Shown: positions 14,610 to 28,200, counted from the stretch's first letter. The stretch is 64,000 nucleotides of DNA from Eledone cirrhosa (GCA_964016885.1 OZ024741.1:196602001-196666000), one strand, 5' to 3'. Made by a program: numbers and translations. The notes: generated from the letters alone by a model not told the origin.

Positions 14610-14954
14610 GGAGGCACATGGCTTAGTGGTTAGAGCATTGGCCTTGCAATCGAAAGGTTGTGAGTTCAATTCTCAGACCGGGTGATGTGTTGTTTCCTTG
14701 AGCAAAACACTTTATTTCACATTGCTCCAGTTTACTCAGCTGTAGAAATGAGATGATAGGGACTGGGGTCCCTATCATTCCACTGCAAAGTGGACGTGGA
14801 GGTGCCACGGCAAAAAAGCACCCAGCACTCACTGTAAATAAGGTTGGTGTTAGGAAGGGCATCCAGCTGTAGAAATCAAGCCAGAATCAGTTCCCGTCCC
14901 ACCCTTGCAAGCAAGGAAAAGCGGACATAAAATGATGATGATGATGATGATGAT
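14610..14954 (+). mobile_element. tRNA-headed SINE family 1 with (ATG)n RTE tail
   Basis: A-box TGGCTTAGTGG, B-box GAGTTCAATTC; near-identical copy at 63546-63884. Confidence 0.9.
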
Positions 14955-15237
14955 ACTTTACATGTACACAATATAAACTTCAACATACACACGCGCGTTA
15001 AAATTTAATCATACACTCACACATACAAATCCACACATCTCATGGACATACTCAAACATTGCTAGATACTTTACACACACACAAAATAAACTTCAACACA
15101 TAATTTAGCTAAATTAGATGCAGTGATGTTATGTGCAAGGTCAGGAATTGTGGAATAGGAAACATAACATCACTGCATCTAATTTAGCGAAATTACCTAG
15201 CTGTAGCAACAAACAATCTAGTAGTTAGTTCTAGCCG

Positions 15238-15620
15238 GGAAATGTCTATCTAGCAATGTAGTTTACAAATGTAATGTTGACACACCCACAACCAGTAAGA
15301 CTTATGTAGGGTTAACCACCACTAGATTTAAGCAGCGTCTGTAGATGCACGCCCATTTATTTTGTAACCCATTAAGAAGGAACATGATTTCTCTTTCGGC
15401 CTATATTTGGAGTCTAAAAGATAATCACATCCAATATAGGTTACACTGGGAGATCTTAGTTTAAGCTAGATCGTTTAACGGAAATAAAAGGCCATGTGAT
15501 CTTTGTGCTGCCGAAGCCCTGGAAATACTTTACACCAATGATCGAATCTTAAACAATAAATCTGAGGCAATTTCGGCTTGTAAGCACAAATTGTATAAAA
15601 CTTTCTTGTATTACAGCCCA
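15238..15620 (+). mobile_element. Penelope-like GIY-YIG endonuclease fragment (absent from ORF track)
   Basis: Manual translation GKCLSSNVVYKC...TYVGLTTTRFKQR...CDLCAAEA...ACKHK. Confidence 0.8.
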
Positions 15621-15911
15621 ACATTATATCATAACGGATAGTACGGACACTATGCTAATAATTGTTTCTATTTTAGGCACAATGCCAGCAATTACCCAGT
15701 ACATTACTGGTACTTTATTTTATCGACCCTGTAAGGATGAAAGGCAAAGTTAACCTCGGCGGGATTTGAACTCAGATCATAAAGGGACGTAACTCTATGC
15801 TTCAAAGCATGGTGTCCGACTCTCTACCGATACTACTAATCCACCGCTTTGCTAATAATATATGTCATGATGTGAGAGCTAAGAACATTCTAACTTTATA
15901 CCAAAATTTAA

Positions 15912-15956
15912 TTATATATGTATATATATATGTATATATACTTGTATGTATGTATA

Positions 15957-16020
<64 letters not shown>

Positions 16021-16028
16021 TAGATATA
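15912..16028. repeat. Compound (TA)n/(TG)n microsatellite
   Basis: Seen directly. Confidence 0.95.
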
Positions 16029-19000
16029 TCATCGTTTAATGTCCATTTTCCATGCTAGCATGGGTTCAGGTTGTCTCATTAGAGGCAAGTTGGGTCAGGT
16101 GACCGTGTCTTAGGTTTCTATGGCTGGATGCCCTTGCTAATACCAACCACATTGACAGTGTGTGCTGGGTGCTTTTTGTTGTGACTCCTATACGACCATT
16201 TTACAGTGTAAGGGTGGTGTGGACAGAAGTTGGGGTTGCATGGAAGGAGGTATAGTGGTTAAGAGGTGCCTACTAGATGTATGTTTGTGTCCGTGCTCAT
16301 GGGAAGGTGTGTCTCCAGTATTACTGCATAATGCCAAAGATCTCGATCCTGTGTCATTGTCTTTGAGAAGTACAATTGCGCAATGTCAGCTTTTATCATC
16401 TTGTCAGGTCTTCCTTGGTCTGCCTACTCCATAGCTTCCATCAATTTTGATCACCCTGCAGTTTTTTATACAGCTGTCGTCCTTCATATACATCACATGA
16501 CTACACCAACACAATCTCCTCTCTAGTATACTGCATCTGATCCCTCTTATGCCTAATTGCTCTCTCAGATCATTTATGCTTTGCCATTCGTGTATGTAAC
16601 TATTACACATCCATCGGAGCATGCTTGCTTCATTTCTTTCCAATCTTTGCATCTTCTCTGCACACAGTGCCCAGGTCTCACTACCATGTAACATTGCCAT
16701 TTGTATACATGCATCGTAGAATCTGCCCTTCATTTTAAGGAAAAATCTTTTATAGCTAACTGCAGTATTAGTTCCCTGAACTTTCTCCATCTCGTTCTTA
16801 CTTTGGCTACTGTACTTTTGGAGCACCCTCCTCCACTACTTATTTCATCACCCAGGTAACGGAAAGTGTCGGCTATTTCTATAGAACCATCTGGGCAGTA
16901 GAAGGAGCTAGTATTCTGTGGGCACTTGCTACTTGAGCATCGGCCGGATATAAAACCTATGTTCTTTGATAGCCTATCTATGATCCCACTACTTTTATGT
17001 ACCCTTAGCTTGCATTTGAGACATAGAATGGAATTTCTACCTATTCTTTTCCTGCACATTGAGCAAGGGAATCTGGGCCCCATTTTCCTTTCTACATCAT
17101 CATCATCATCATCATTTTACGTTCGCTTTTCCTTGCTTGCAAGGGTGGGACAGGTCTTATTCAGCACAGCATCTCTCCACTTGTCACGGTCCTTCGTCAT
17201 CTCCACCGTGAGCTTCAGCGATCTGAGGTCTGTTCTCACCACCTCCGCCCATGTTTTTCGAGGTCTACCTCTACCGCGTCTTCCTTCAACTGGCATTTCC
17301 TGGCACTTCTTCACCCATCGGTCATCCTCCATGCGCATCACATGTCCATACCACCTCAGTCTCCTCTCTCGCACACTACATTCTATCCCTCTCAGACACA
17401 GTTTCTCTCTCAACACATTCATGCTGGGTCGTTCACGCACATTGACATTGCACATCCAACGGAGCATGCTTGCCTCATTTCTCTCCAGCCGTCGCATATC
17501 CTCTGCAGTTGCTGCCCATGTCTCACTACCATGCAGCATCGCGCACCTCACACAGGCATCATATAACCTGCCTTTCGTACGCAGGGAGAAACCCTTCTTC
17601 GTCAGCAGAGGAAGCAGCTCCCTAAACTTCTTCCAACCTGTCCTTATTCTAGATACTATGATCTCCTAGGTGCCGGAAGCTATCCACCACTTCTATAGCA
17701 CCCGCCTGCATTTGAAAAATGTGTCTATCAATGTGACTTCTACTGTCTAATTTCCCTGTACATCTACTGCATACGTATTTCTCCCCACCTGTTAGTTTGC
17801 CTGCTATCCCACTACATCTCTTGTGTACTCAGGATCTGCATTGTGTGCATTTTATAGAATTTATGCCAGTTTCTTTTCTGCATATCAAACATGGCCATTT
17901 CCCTGACGGAATCAGAGTTTTGTCTTCTTTTCTACTCATCAACATTTTTGTCTTAGCTAGATTCACTCTCAGTCGTCTTGCTTCCAACTGCTGTTTCCAT
18001 AGCCAGAATTTATTCTCTAGCTCCTCTACTGATTCTGCTATAAGAACCAGATCGTCAGCATAGAGAAGTTACCATGGACAGCCAATCTTAAACTCCTCTG
18101 TTATGGCTTGGAGGACTATAATGAACAAGAGCGGGCTGAGGACCGAACCTTGATGTACTCCTACTTGTATCTGGAATTCCTCACTAAACTCCATTCCTAC
18201 CCTGTCTTTACTGAGAGTACCTCTGTACAAAGTTTGCACTGTCCTCACAAGCCATTCCTCAACACCTAGTTTCCTTAGGGACCACCAGATGACAGATCGG
18301 GGTACCCTATCAAAGGCCTTCTCTAGGTCAATAAGGTAAAGTGGCTTATTCTTCTCTAAGAACCTCTTGTAATTGTCTCACCAAGAAGAGGGCATCTGTT
18401 GTACTTTTCCCAGGCACAAAACCAAATTGCATCTCATCTAGTTTGACCCTTTCTTTAATTAGTTGTGCTAATATCCTTTCTGCCACTTTCATAACCTGAT
18501 CCATCAGTTTTATACCCCTATAATTGCTCCTCTCCAGAGCATCCCCATTACCTTTGTAGCAATTTATGAGAATACTGCTGCACCAGTCTTTGGGTATGAC
18601 ACCGCCATATATAGCCTGATTGATGATGCGTGTAACCAGTTTAGTGCCTACGTCCGCTGATGCCTTCAGCATCTCAGCAACTATCCCTGACGGTCCAGCA
18701 GCCTTACCATTTTTCATTTCCTTAATCGCCTCTTGGACCCTATATTCATCAATTTCAATAGCTGATCCCTCTGGCGGATCTACTGAGGGTAATTTCTCTC
18801 TCTCCTATTCGTTCTCCACATTCATCAGTCTCTCATAATGACATTTCCAGGCCTCCTTTTTCTGATCATTCGTGACACTAAGTACACCGGCATCATTCCA
18901 GACACATTTATCTCCAACAACATCCTGATTTGCATTGACACACTGCCTTGCAATGTGGAACACCGCATGCCTCTGATCTTCCCGTCGCAGAACATTGGCA

Positions 19001-19243
19001 AACCTCCTACTCTCAGCCCCCTGCATGCTAAGTACACCTGACGTCTAGCTTCTCTCTTAGCGGCTGTATATCCTTCTCTACTCCCACCCTTTTTCCAAGC
19101 CTTCCATGCTAGTCTTTTGTATCTAATGGCCTTATCTACTGTGCTGTTCCACCACCAGGTCACTCTCTGTCTGGTTGGAGCTCTGCTCCAGCCACATGTT
19201 TCATCTGCACTAAGTTGTCACGTAAGAAATTCCAGTTATTATC

Positions 19244-19521
19244 TGTTGTATGGACTGGGAATCGAACTCACAACCTCATTGTTGTATGGACTGTTAAATT
19301 CGTTTTATTCAATTTACACGTGCTCACACATTTGCATATGAATCACGTGACCTGGGCAGTCAATCAGCGTTGGTATTAAAAACTCGGTCACAGACTGCTG
19401 CTGTCACTTACTTTATGTTATTCTGCTACTGTGAGGAGGGGCGTTTTGGTTGTTTCGTACAATACACAAATTATTTGATATAACTCGTGTTTTCTCTGCG
19501 AATACCGAGAGGAATACAACA
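19244..19521 (+). repeat. 5' LTR (278 bp)
   Basis: Direct repeat of 23804-24080; 4 substitutions and 2 indels by manual comparison. Confidence 0.97.
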
Positions 19522-19529
19522 GAGTTTAT

Positions 19530-19547
19530 TGGCGTCGCCGATAGGAT
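19530..19547 (+). promoter_or_regulatory. Primer binding site (probably tRNA-Ser type)
   Basis: TGGCGTCGCCGATAGGAT 8 nt after the 5' LTR; the tRNA identity is inferred. Confidence 0.75.
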
Positions 19548-19584
19548 TTACCTACATTGCCGGGAAATTGTTTATCATAAAAAC

Positions 19585-22500
19585 ATGGCGGAACAACAAA
19601 CAGCGGAGCTAATAAAGTTGTTTGGAGAACAAATGCAACAACACAAGAACGATATGGACACTCTGATAAAACTGTTTGGTGCTCGAGATTCTGAACAACA
19701 GAGTTTGTTGGCGTCGCCAGTTGCTTCGACACCAACAGCATTCATCCCACCATTTGCTGCTTTTGATTCAACAACAGAACTATGGCCTGATTACTGGTCA
19801 AGATTCTGCACGTTTGTGGCTGCTAACGCTGTACCCGAGCAACGCATGGCACAAGTGTTCCTGACTAATCAGACGGCTGCTATCTACAAACAACTTGCAA
19901 AATCTGGCTGCTCAACAAAATCTGCCTAAGGATATCAACAAGTTGACAATGGACGAAATTGTTGACTTCATGAAAGAACAGTTCGACCCAAAACTTTTCA
20001 TTGTGAGAGAACGTTTTAAGTTCTGGAGTGACATGCAACGGAAGCCAGGCGAAACTCTCCAGGAGCTGGCAGCACGTATACGTCAGGATGCAGCTACCTG
20101 TGATTTTCCTTCGATCACAAATCCACAAGATGAAGCTCTAAGACAGAGATTTATATGTTCTGTCAATAATGAAGCTGTGTTGAAGGCTATTTTCAAGATC
20201 AAGGATACAGAACTAGATTTCGCCCGTGCTGTCCAAGTTGCCATCGGGACCGCAGACACAGCAAAGGTTGCCAAGGAAACTGTTTACGGTTCCAAAACCA
20301 AGCAAGTCTATAAGGTCCAGCAGAACAAGAACAAGGGTCCTCGAAAGAACCATCAGCAGTCTTATTCCACAGACCAGGAGATGTGCTACCGACGTGGAAA
20401 GGCCCACAAAGCGACAGACTGCCCCTTCAAAGAAGCCAAATGTCATTTTTGTGACAAAAAGGGACATTTGCAAGCGGTGTGTAGAAAGAAACAACATCAG
20501 CAACGTAATCATCGCTCACAGAATTACGTGAAAAGAATCACGAAAGCTGAGCTAGTCAAGGCGATCCTTGGTGAAGTTCCCCACGATACTCATAGTTTGA
20601 ATGTGCCAATAACAATCCAGAACAGACTTTTCACAATGGAATTGGACACAGCTACTACAGGCAATTTTGTTTCCTTGTCAGTTTGGAAACAATTAGGAAA
20701 ACCGAAGCTACAAGATGTCAAACATCGGTTTGAATCTGCCAGCAAGCACGACCTGCCCGTTCTGGGAACTTTCATGGGCCAAACCAAGGATCCAACGACC
20801 GGTAAATGGAATTCAATACCCTATATCGTCACCAAGATCCCTGATCTTAATTTGCTGGGACGAAACGCTATCCAGACTCTGGGAATTTCCGTGGATAATG
20901 CTCTAGGATTGAAAAGCATAGACAGCCAGGCCAAGAGTGAGGGTGCAGAAGTGATGCATCCAAAGACCTCAAATGAGCCCTATATTTCCATGCAACGAGA
21001 TTGTCACAACATGTGTGATGAATTCCCAGATCTCTTCAAGCAAGAATTGGGATGTCTTAATGACTTCGAACTGGAAGTGAAGTTCAAGTCGGACGCGACA
21101 CCGGTCTTTCACAAGGCACGCCCGGTCCCGTTTGCTCTTCGTGATGACCTGGCCAAAGGAATCTGGAAGCCAGTACAGTTCAACGAATACAGAACGCCAG
21201 TGGTACCGATTTGTAAAGCACATACTTCAGGCAACCTGAAGCCCAAACTACGGATTTGTGGTGACTACTCTGTGGGAATTAATGACCAACTTGCAGATCA
21301 TCGTCATCCAATGCCACTCCCAGAGGAACTGATGCAGAAGCTCGGAGGTGGATTCGGATACACAAAGATTGATCTTGCTGATGCCTATAATCAGATCAAG
21401 CTGGCTCCAGAAAGTCAACGCAGGCTTGCACTCAGCACTCACCGTGGGGTGCTCCTGCAGGAATGACTCCCTTTCGGAATCAAGTCAGCACCTGGTTACT
21501 TTCAGGAGATCATGGAAAACCTGACTCAAGATCTACCTGGTGTGGCCGTCTTCCAGGACGACTTGCTCGTCAGTGGGAAAGATGCAAACGATCACCTGAA
21601 CAACCTAAAGTGTCTGCTCACACGTCTGTGCGACAAAGGACTCAGATGTCCCCGTGAGAAGTTCCAGTTGCAATACCCAGTGTGGAATACCTTGGACACA
21701 CCTTGTCGGCTGAAGGGATCGCGAAGGGATCCAAAGTCGAAGCAGTTTTAAAGATGCCACCTCCAACGAACGTCTCAAGCTTGAAGTCTTTCCTGGGTTC
21801 AGTTCAGTTCTATGGAAAGTTTATCCCAAACCTGGCCAGCATGGCAGAGCCACTCTATTGCCTTACGAAAAAAACGACTACTTGGAAGTCAGGAGATGAA
21901 GAACAGTCAGCTTTCGATCAGTCGAAAAATGTGCTTTCATCGGATCGAGTTCTAATACACTTCGATCCAAACAAAACTTTGGGACTGGCTTGCGACGCGT
22001 CAAACGTTGGTATTGGAGCAGTCCTGTTTCATCGCTATCCTGATGGAAGCGAGCGCTCAATATCCAATGTGTCCAAGACTCTTACTTCTGCACAGCGTAA
22101 CTACGGCCAAATTCAAAAGGAAGCCCTGGCCATCATATTTGGCTTGCAGAAGTTCTATCAGTATCTGTACGGACATCAGTTTATACTCGTAACTGACCAC
22201 AAGCCACTGACATCACTGTTCAGTCCGAGGAAAGGGACGCCACTTCTTGCTGCTAACCGACTAGCATGGTGGGCCCTGTGGCTGAACCAGTTTGACTACA
22301 CCATCGAATATCGGAAAACAGCGGATCATGGCAATGCACATGCCCTCAGCCGCTTGCCATTTGGTAATGACATCGACTTTGACAGGAAGGAAAATGGTGA
22401 AGACATGGACATGGTGTGCGCCATCAAAGCTCTCAGTCTTCAAGTCCAACCTATCGATGCTAACGTCCTCCGTCAAGAGTCAGGGAAAGATCCAGTGATA

Positions 22501-23769
22501 CGCTACGTCCGTGAAGGCTGGCCACCAAAGAATACTGAGATCAATGACGAAGTCAATAAGTTCCGGAAGTTATCGGATTCACTCAGTATCTGCCACGGAT
22601 GCCTTATCCATGGATCGAGAGTTGTGATTCCACATAGCTTACAGCCAAAGATCCTCAATCTCGGACACTTTGGCACGGAGCGCATGAAACAATTGGCAAG
22701 AACTGCTGTTTATTGGCCTGGTATCGATGCTGCTATAGAGAAAACCAGTCGACAATGTGATTCGTGTGGTGAACATCAAAACCAGCCATCCAAGTCTCCA
22801 GTTCACCCATGGATGTTACCTGAAAAGCCGTGGAGCCGCTTACACCTGGACCACGCAATAAATTTCATGGGCAGTAATTGGTTGGTGATCACGGATGCTT
22901 ATTCCAAGTATCCATGCATTCATCCTACGTCATCCACGTCCTCCAGAGCTACTTCAGATCTGCTTGAAGAAGACTTTGCGCACTTCGGATTTCCTCACAT
23001 GCTAGTCACTGATAACGCACCAACTTTTATTTCTGAGGAGTTCCAGAGCTGGTGCAAAGAACGTGGGATCACGCACCTGACAGGAGCACCTTACCACCCA
23101 GCTACCAACGGAGCAGCGGAACGTTTGGTGCAGACCTTCAAACAAGCTCTGAGGAAGACTTCTCTTCCGCCGAAGCGAGCACTTCAAGTGTTCTTGATGC
23201 AGTACCGGAGAACACCGACATCCAGTGGATTCTCTCCGAGTGAACTTTTGAATCACCGGCAGATACGGACAAGGATTGATTCTCTGCTGCCCTCGCCAGC
23301 ACACATCGCTCAAGGCAAGCAGTCTAAGGAAGCATATAAGTCTCAGATGACTCCGGACTCGGCATGTGTCGCTAAGGTTACCAGGCAGTACAAGGCTGGA
23401 GATCCTGTGTATGCACTATACTACGGACCTCGCCGAGACAAAGATCCCCGATGGGTACCAGCAATCATTAAGAAGTCATTGGGTACTCGCTGCTTCAACG
23501 TTAAGGTCATACCTCATGGCCCGGTGTGGAGACGACACTGGGAACAGCTGCAACCGCGGTACACTACTGAGGAAGACAATGAACCTGGTGATGCAGTAGA
23601 CACTGTTTTTGAATTTGCAACAGATCACCCGATGGAGATCTCGGAAATCGTGCCACTAACTCCAAGACAGACCAGACCCAAGACCTTGTTGCCCGTTCCA
23701 GAGTATGGACCAGACAATCGAAGACGGTCCAAGAGAACTCGTAAACCCCCAGAGAGACTTTGCTGTTGA
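19585..23769 (+). pseudogene. gag-pol of the Gypsy element, frameshifted near 19900, 21465 and 21670
   Basis: Zinc knuckles (CHFCDKKGHLQAVC), protease LDTAT, RT KIDLADAY/FQDD, RNase H CDAS, integrase HLD/VTDNA/AER spread over four ORFs. Confidence 0.93.
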
Positions 23770-23803
23770 TGCTTCTTTTGTCGCATCAATTTCGGTGGGG
23801 AGG

Positions 23804-24080
23804 TGTTGTATGGACTGAGAATCGAACTCACAACCTCATTGTTGTATGGACTGTTAAATTCGTTTTATTCAATTTACACGTGCTCACACATTTGAATATG
23901 AATCACGTGACCTGGGCAGTCAGTCAGCGTTGGTATTAAAAACTCGGTCACAGACTGCTGCTGTCACTTTATGTTATTCTGCTACTGTGAGGAGGGGCGT
24001 TTTGGTTGTTTCGTACAATACACAAATTATTTGATATAACTCGTTGTGTTTTCTCTGCGAGTACCGAGAGGAATACAACA
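23804..24080 (+). repeat. 3' LTR (277 bp)
   Basis: Follows purine tract GGTGGGGAGG; ends ATACAACA followed by the TSD. Confidence 0.97.
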
Positions 24081-25269
24081 TTATCTATGTCATACGTCTC
24101 TAAATCGTTTTCTTTTTCGTCATACACATCTTGAAGGGCTTTCCTAAATTTGTATTTTAGTGAAAGGTCTTTTAGCTTCCAGACCTTTCCTCTCCACACC
24201 ATACTAGAAATTTAGTCTTAGACAAGTTAACTTTAAGACCTTTTGATTCTGGGCCATGCTTCCAGGTTTGGAATTTCTTCTCTAATTCTGCTATTAGAGT
24301 TAGATCATCTGCATACAGAAGTTCCCATGGGCAGCCAGTCTTAAACTCTTTTGTTATAGCCTGTAAGGCAATAATAAACAGGATAGGGCTAAGTAAGGAG
24401 CCCTGATGAACACCTATCTGTATGTTAAATTCTTTACTATATTCATTGTTAATTCTAACCTTGCTGACTGTTCCTCTATACATGGCTTGTATAGCTTTCA
24501 CAAGCCACTCATCTACTCCTAGTTTTCTAAGTGCCCTCCAGATAATGGAACAAGAGACTCTGTCAAAGGCTTTTGCCAGGTCAACAAAAGCTAAGTATAG
24601 TGGTTTAGTTTTAGCTAAGTACTTCTCCTGCAGTTGCCTCACAAAGAAGAGAGCACCCATGGTTCTTTTACAAAGCCAAACTGCATTTCATCAAGCTTAA
24701 TTCGATGTCTAATCAGCTGTGTGATAACTCATTCTGTTACCTTCATGACCTGGTCAACCAACTTAATGCCTCTATAATTTTCTGTCCAGAGTGTCTCCTT
24801 TGCCCTTGTAGCAATTTACAATGATGTTACTACACCAGTCATTTGGTATGACCCCATTTTTGTATTAATTGGTTTACTATACAGGTGACTTTAGTGTGTT
24901 CCACCATCCCAGATGCTTTCAGCATCTCAACAACTATTGTCAAAGGTCCAGATGCTTTGCTTGCCTTATCTTTGATTGCCTTACTTACTACAGTAGCATT
25001 CAAAATAAGAGAACAATAAATTAATTTTTTATTATTTTCCTTATTTGACAAAATGTTTCCTTTAAAATTTGAAAGAATATGCATAGTATATATATATCTG
25101 TCTTGAGCTAAAATATTTTCCCAATAATCAAGGGTATACTCAAGATATTAATGATATACCTTTAATTTTGAAAAAATACAGTAATTAAAATAAGAGAACA
25201 CAAACACGATCTTTACGAAAACACAATTAAATATGAGATTTGGTCTACAAACTAGGGTTTATGCATTCT

Positions 25270-28200
25270 CAAATATTAATAGGAAATGTAGAGGCCCTTG
25301 CTTTGGATGAGTTCAGCACATCTGCGTCCATATGAAGTCACCATTGTGTAGTGATATTATTCCTCTCTTCCTCCAGTTTCTTCCATAATTCAGTGGTTGT
25401 AGCTGGGTTTTTTGCCATGACATTGTCCCCAATGATCTTCTAAAAGTTCTCGATTGGATTTAAGTAGGGACTCTGGGCTGGACATTTCAAAACTTCTATT
25501 TCCTCATCTTCGAGAAATATTTTCACTCATTTTCCAGTGTAGCAAACCATGACACTAGCTCCTCCGAATTTTACAAACTTTTTGACGTACTTAGAAAGAA
25601 GTCTTTCCCTCAATTTTACATCTTACATATTGGTTACCATCTGAACCAACCAAATTAAACTTGCTTTCATCACTAAAATAAACTTTGGACCAGTTTTTTT
25701 TCACTCCACACCACATGCTTCTCAGCAAAGGCAAGTCTAACTATTTTATTTTTTTGCTGATAAGAGGTTTGATCACTGGGGAGTGGGCTTCCAATCCAAT
25801 TTCTGCCAGACAACAAGAGACACTTCCTTGCCCAAATTAGCGCTGATTTGTCGAGATATTTCAGTTGCAGTGTCAAAGTGTTTCCCCATAGACATTCTGT
25901 GTAGCATGCGGTCCACTTGACTTGTTTTACATGGACAGCTGGCCTTCTTCATAGACGTGAATGAGTTGGTTTCATTATGGAATTTCATTATCCTCGCTAT
26001 TACACATTTCATCATCATCATCATCATCACCGATTTACATCCGTTCTTCTACACTAGCATGGGTTAGACGGGTTGTCCTGTTGTGGACAGTGTCCAGTCG
26101 GCTGACCTTCTCTTGCTCATACGGGAACTGATTCTGGCTTGATTTCTACAGCTGGATGCCCTTCCTAACACCAACCTCATTTACAGTGAGTGCTGGGTGC
26201 TTTTTTGCAGTGGGAGGGGGTAGGGGTATATTGTCTACATGCTTCAGCTTCGGCTTCTACCCGTGGGAAGTCGGGTCTTCTGTATGACTGTGTGACGCCA
26301 GAGGTCACGGTCGTGTGTCATCGCCCTTGAGAGGTGCAATTGGGTAAGGTCGGCTTTTATCACCTCACTCCAGGTCTTCTTGTGTCTCCCCACTCCACGG
26401 CTTCCATCGACTTCTAGTGTTCTGCACCTTTTTATGCAGCTGTCATTCTTCATACGCATCACATGTCCATACCAATGCAACTTCCTCTCCTGCACGCAGC
26501 ATTTGATTACTCTTATGCTCAGTCTCTCTCTCAATTCGTTTTTGCTTTTCGCATTTATTACTATTATTACACATCTATCGGAGCATGCAAGCTTCGTTTC
26601 TTTCTAATCTATGCAAGTCTTCTACAGACAGCGCCCAGGTCTCACTACCATGTAACATTGCTGTTCGTATACACGCATCATACAGTCTGCCTTTCATTTT
26701 GAGGGGAAAGCCTTTTGCAGCTAGCAGTGGCAGTAGCTCCCTGAACTTCTTCCATCCCGTTCTTACCCTAGTTATTATACTTTCCGAACACCCACCTCCA
26801 CTGCTAATTCGGTCACCTAGGTAGCAGAAGCTGTCTACTGTTTCTACAGAGCCCTCCCAGAGTTTAGTGGTGCTTGTTTCCTGTGGCCGTTTGCTGCTTG
26901 CTGTCCCAGCACAGCTGCTACATTTTTAGTTAAGCTTCCTGAGATCCCACCACATCTCTTGTGTAGCCATTGTTTGCATTTGGGGCAGAGGATGGAGTTC
27001 CTACCTACACCTTTCCTACACACTGAGCAAGGCCATTTCCCTGAGGGGATCTGGGTTCTGTTTTCTCGTCTACTCAGGTTGACTTTGAGACCCTTTCTTT
27101 CTAGTACCTGCTTCCATGTTTGGAATTTCTTCTCTAGTTCCACCATAGATTTAGCTATAAGTGCGAGATCATCTGCATATAGGAGTTCCCATGGGCATAC
27201 GGTCTTAAACTCTTCCGTTATTGCCTGCAAAACTATAATGAACAGGAGAGGGCTAAGAACAGAGCCCTGGAGGACACCGACCTGTATGCTAAATTCCTCA
27301 CTATAGTCATTGCTAACCCTAACTTTACTGACTGCTCCTCTATACATGGCTTGTACAGCTTTCACAAGCCATTCATCTACTCCTAATTTTCTAAGAGCCC
27401 ACCACATTATAGCATGGGGGACTCTGTCAAAGGCTTTTTCCAGATCGACGAATGCCAGGTAGAGCAGCTTACTTTTAGCTAGGTACTTTTCCTGTAACTG
27501 CCTCACAAGCAAGAGGGCATCAGTGGTGCCTTTTCCTGGTACAAACCCAAATTGCATACCAGATCCCTAATTAACTGTACTATAACTCTTTCTGTTACTC
27601 TCATGACTTGGTCCATCAGCTTTATACCTCTATAGTTTCCTCTATCTAGTGCATCACCTTTACCTTTGTAGCAGTTGACAATGATGCTGCTGCACCAATC
27701 CTTTGGTATGACACCCTCTAGTATTACCTGGTTAACAATACATGTGGTTATGGTGTGACCTACCGACCCAGATGCCTTCAGCATCTCGGCAGCTATACCC
27801 GATGAACCGCTTGCCTTCCCCGTCTTCATATCTTTGATTGCCTTACTTACTACGCTGCTGCTGACTTGTACTGCTGGTCCCTCTATAGGGTCCACTTGGG
27901 GTAGGGTCTCTTTTTTCCCATGCATTCTCCTCATTTAGTAATCTTTCATAATGGCTCTTCCACGCATCTTTCTTCTCAGCACTTGTGAGGGCAAGCTCAC
28001 CTTTATCATTCCGGATATACTTCTCTCCAATGACATCATAATTCTCTCTGACACACTGCCTCGCAATCTTGAACACCTCCTGTTTCTGGTCCTCACGTTG
28101 CAAAACATGCTTGAATTTTCTATCCTCTGCTTCCCTTCTAGCTAAGTATACTTGTCGCCTAGCTTCCCTCCTGGTCTCTATTTTAGAATGGCTAACTTCC

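Larger units (their letters stand above)
19244..24080 (+). mobile_element. Full-length Ty3/Gypsy LTR retrotransposon (Mag-like), disabled by frameshifts
   Basis: Paired LTRs TGTTGTAT...ATACAACA, 5-bp TSD TTATC (19239-43, 24081-85), PBS at 19530, PPT 23794-23803, domain order gag-PR-RT-RH-IN. Confidence 0.97.
17098..24199 (-). mobile_element. 5'-truncated RTE LINE 'A', interrupted by the Gypsy element
   Basis: (CAT)7 tail at 17095-17115, RT motifs; the frame reads LETYDIDNNWNFLRDNL once the LTR element and one TSD are removed. Confidence 0.92.

Noticed and set aside
14610-14685. Possible tRNA gene
   Set aside because: The tRNA-like head runs into a SINE body and RTE tail, and the same unit recurs at 63546.
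16926-17669. 247-aa ORF and similar ORFs opposite RTE or ZNF318 sequence
   Set aside because: Antisense shadow frames that cross element junctions; no independent coding evidence.
19895-21682. Programmed ribosomal frameshifting in the Gypsy element
   Set aside because: The breaks fall inside gag and RT rather than at the gag/pol boundary, which fits post-insertion indels or sequencing error.
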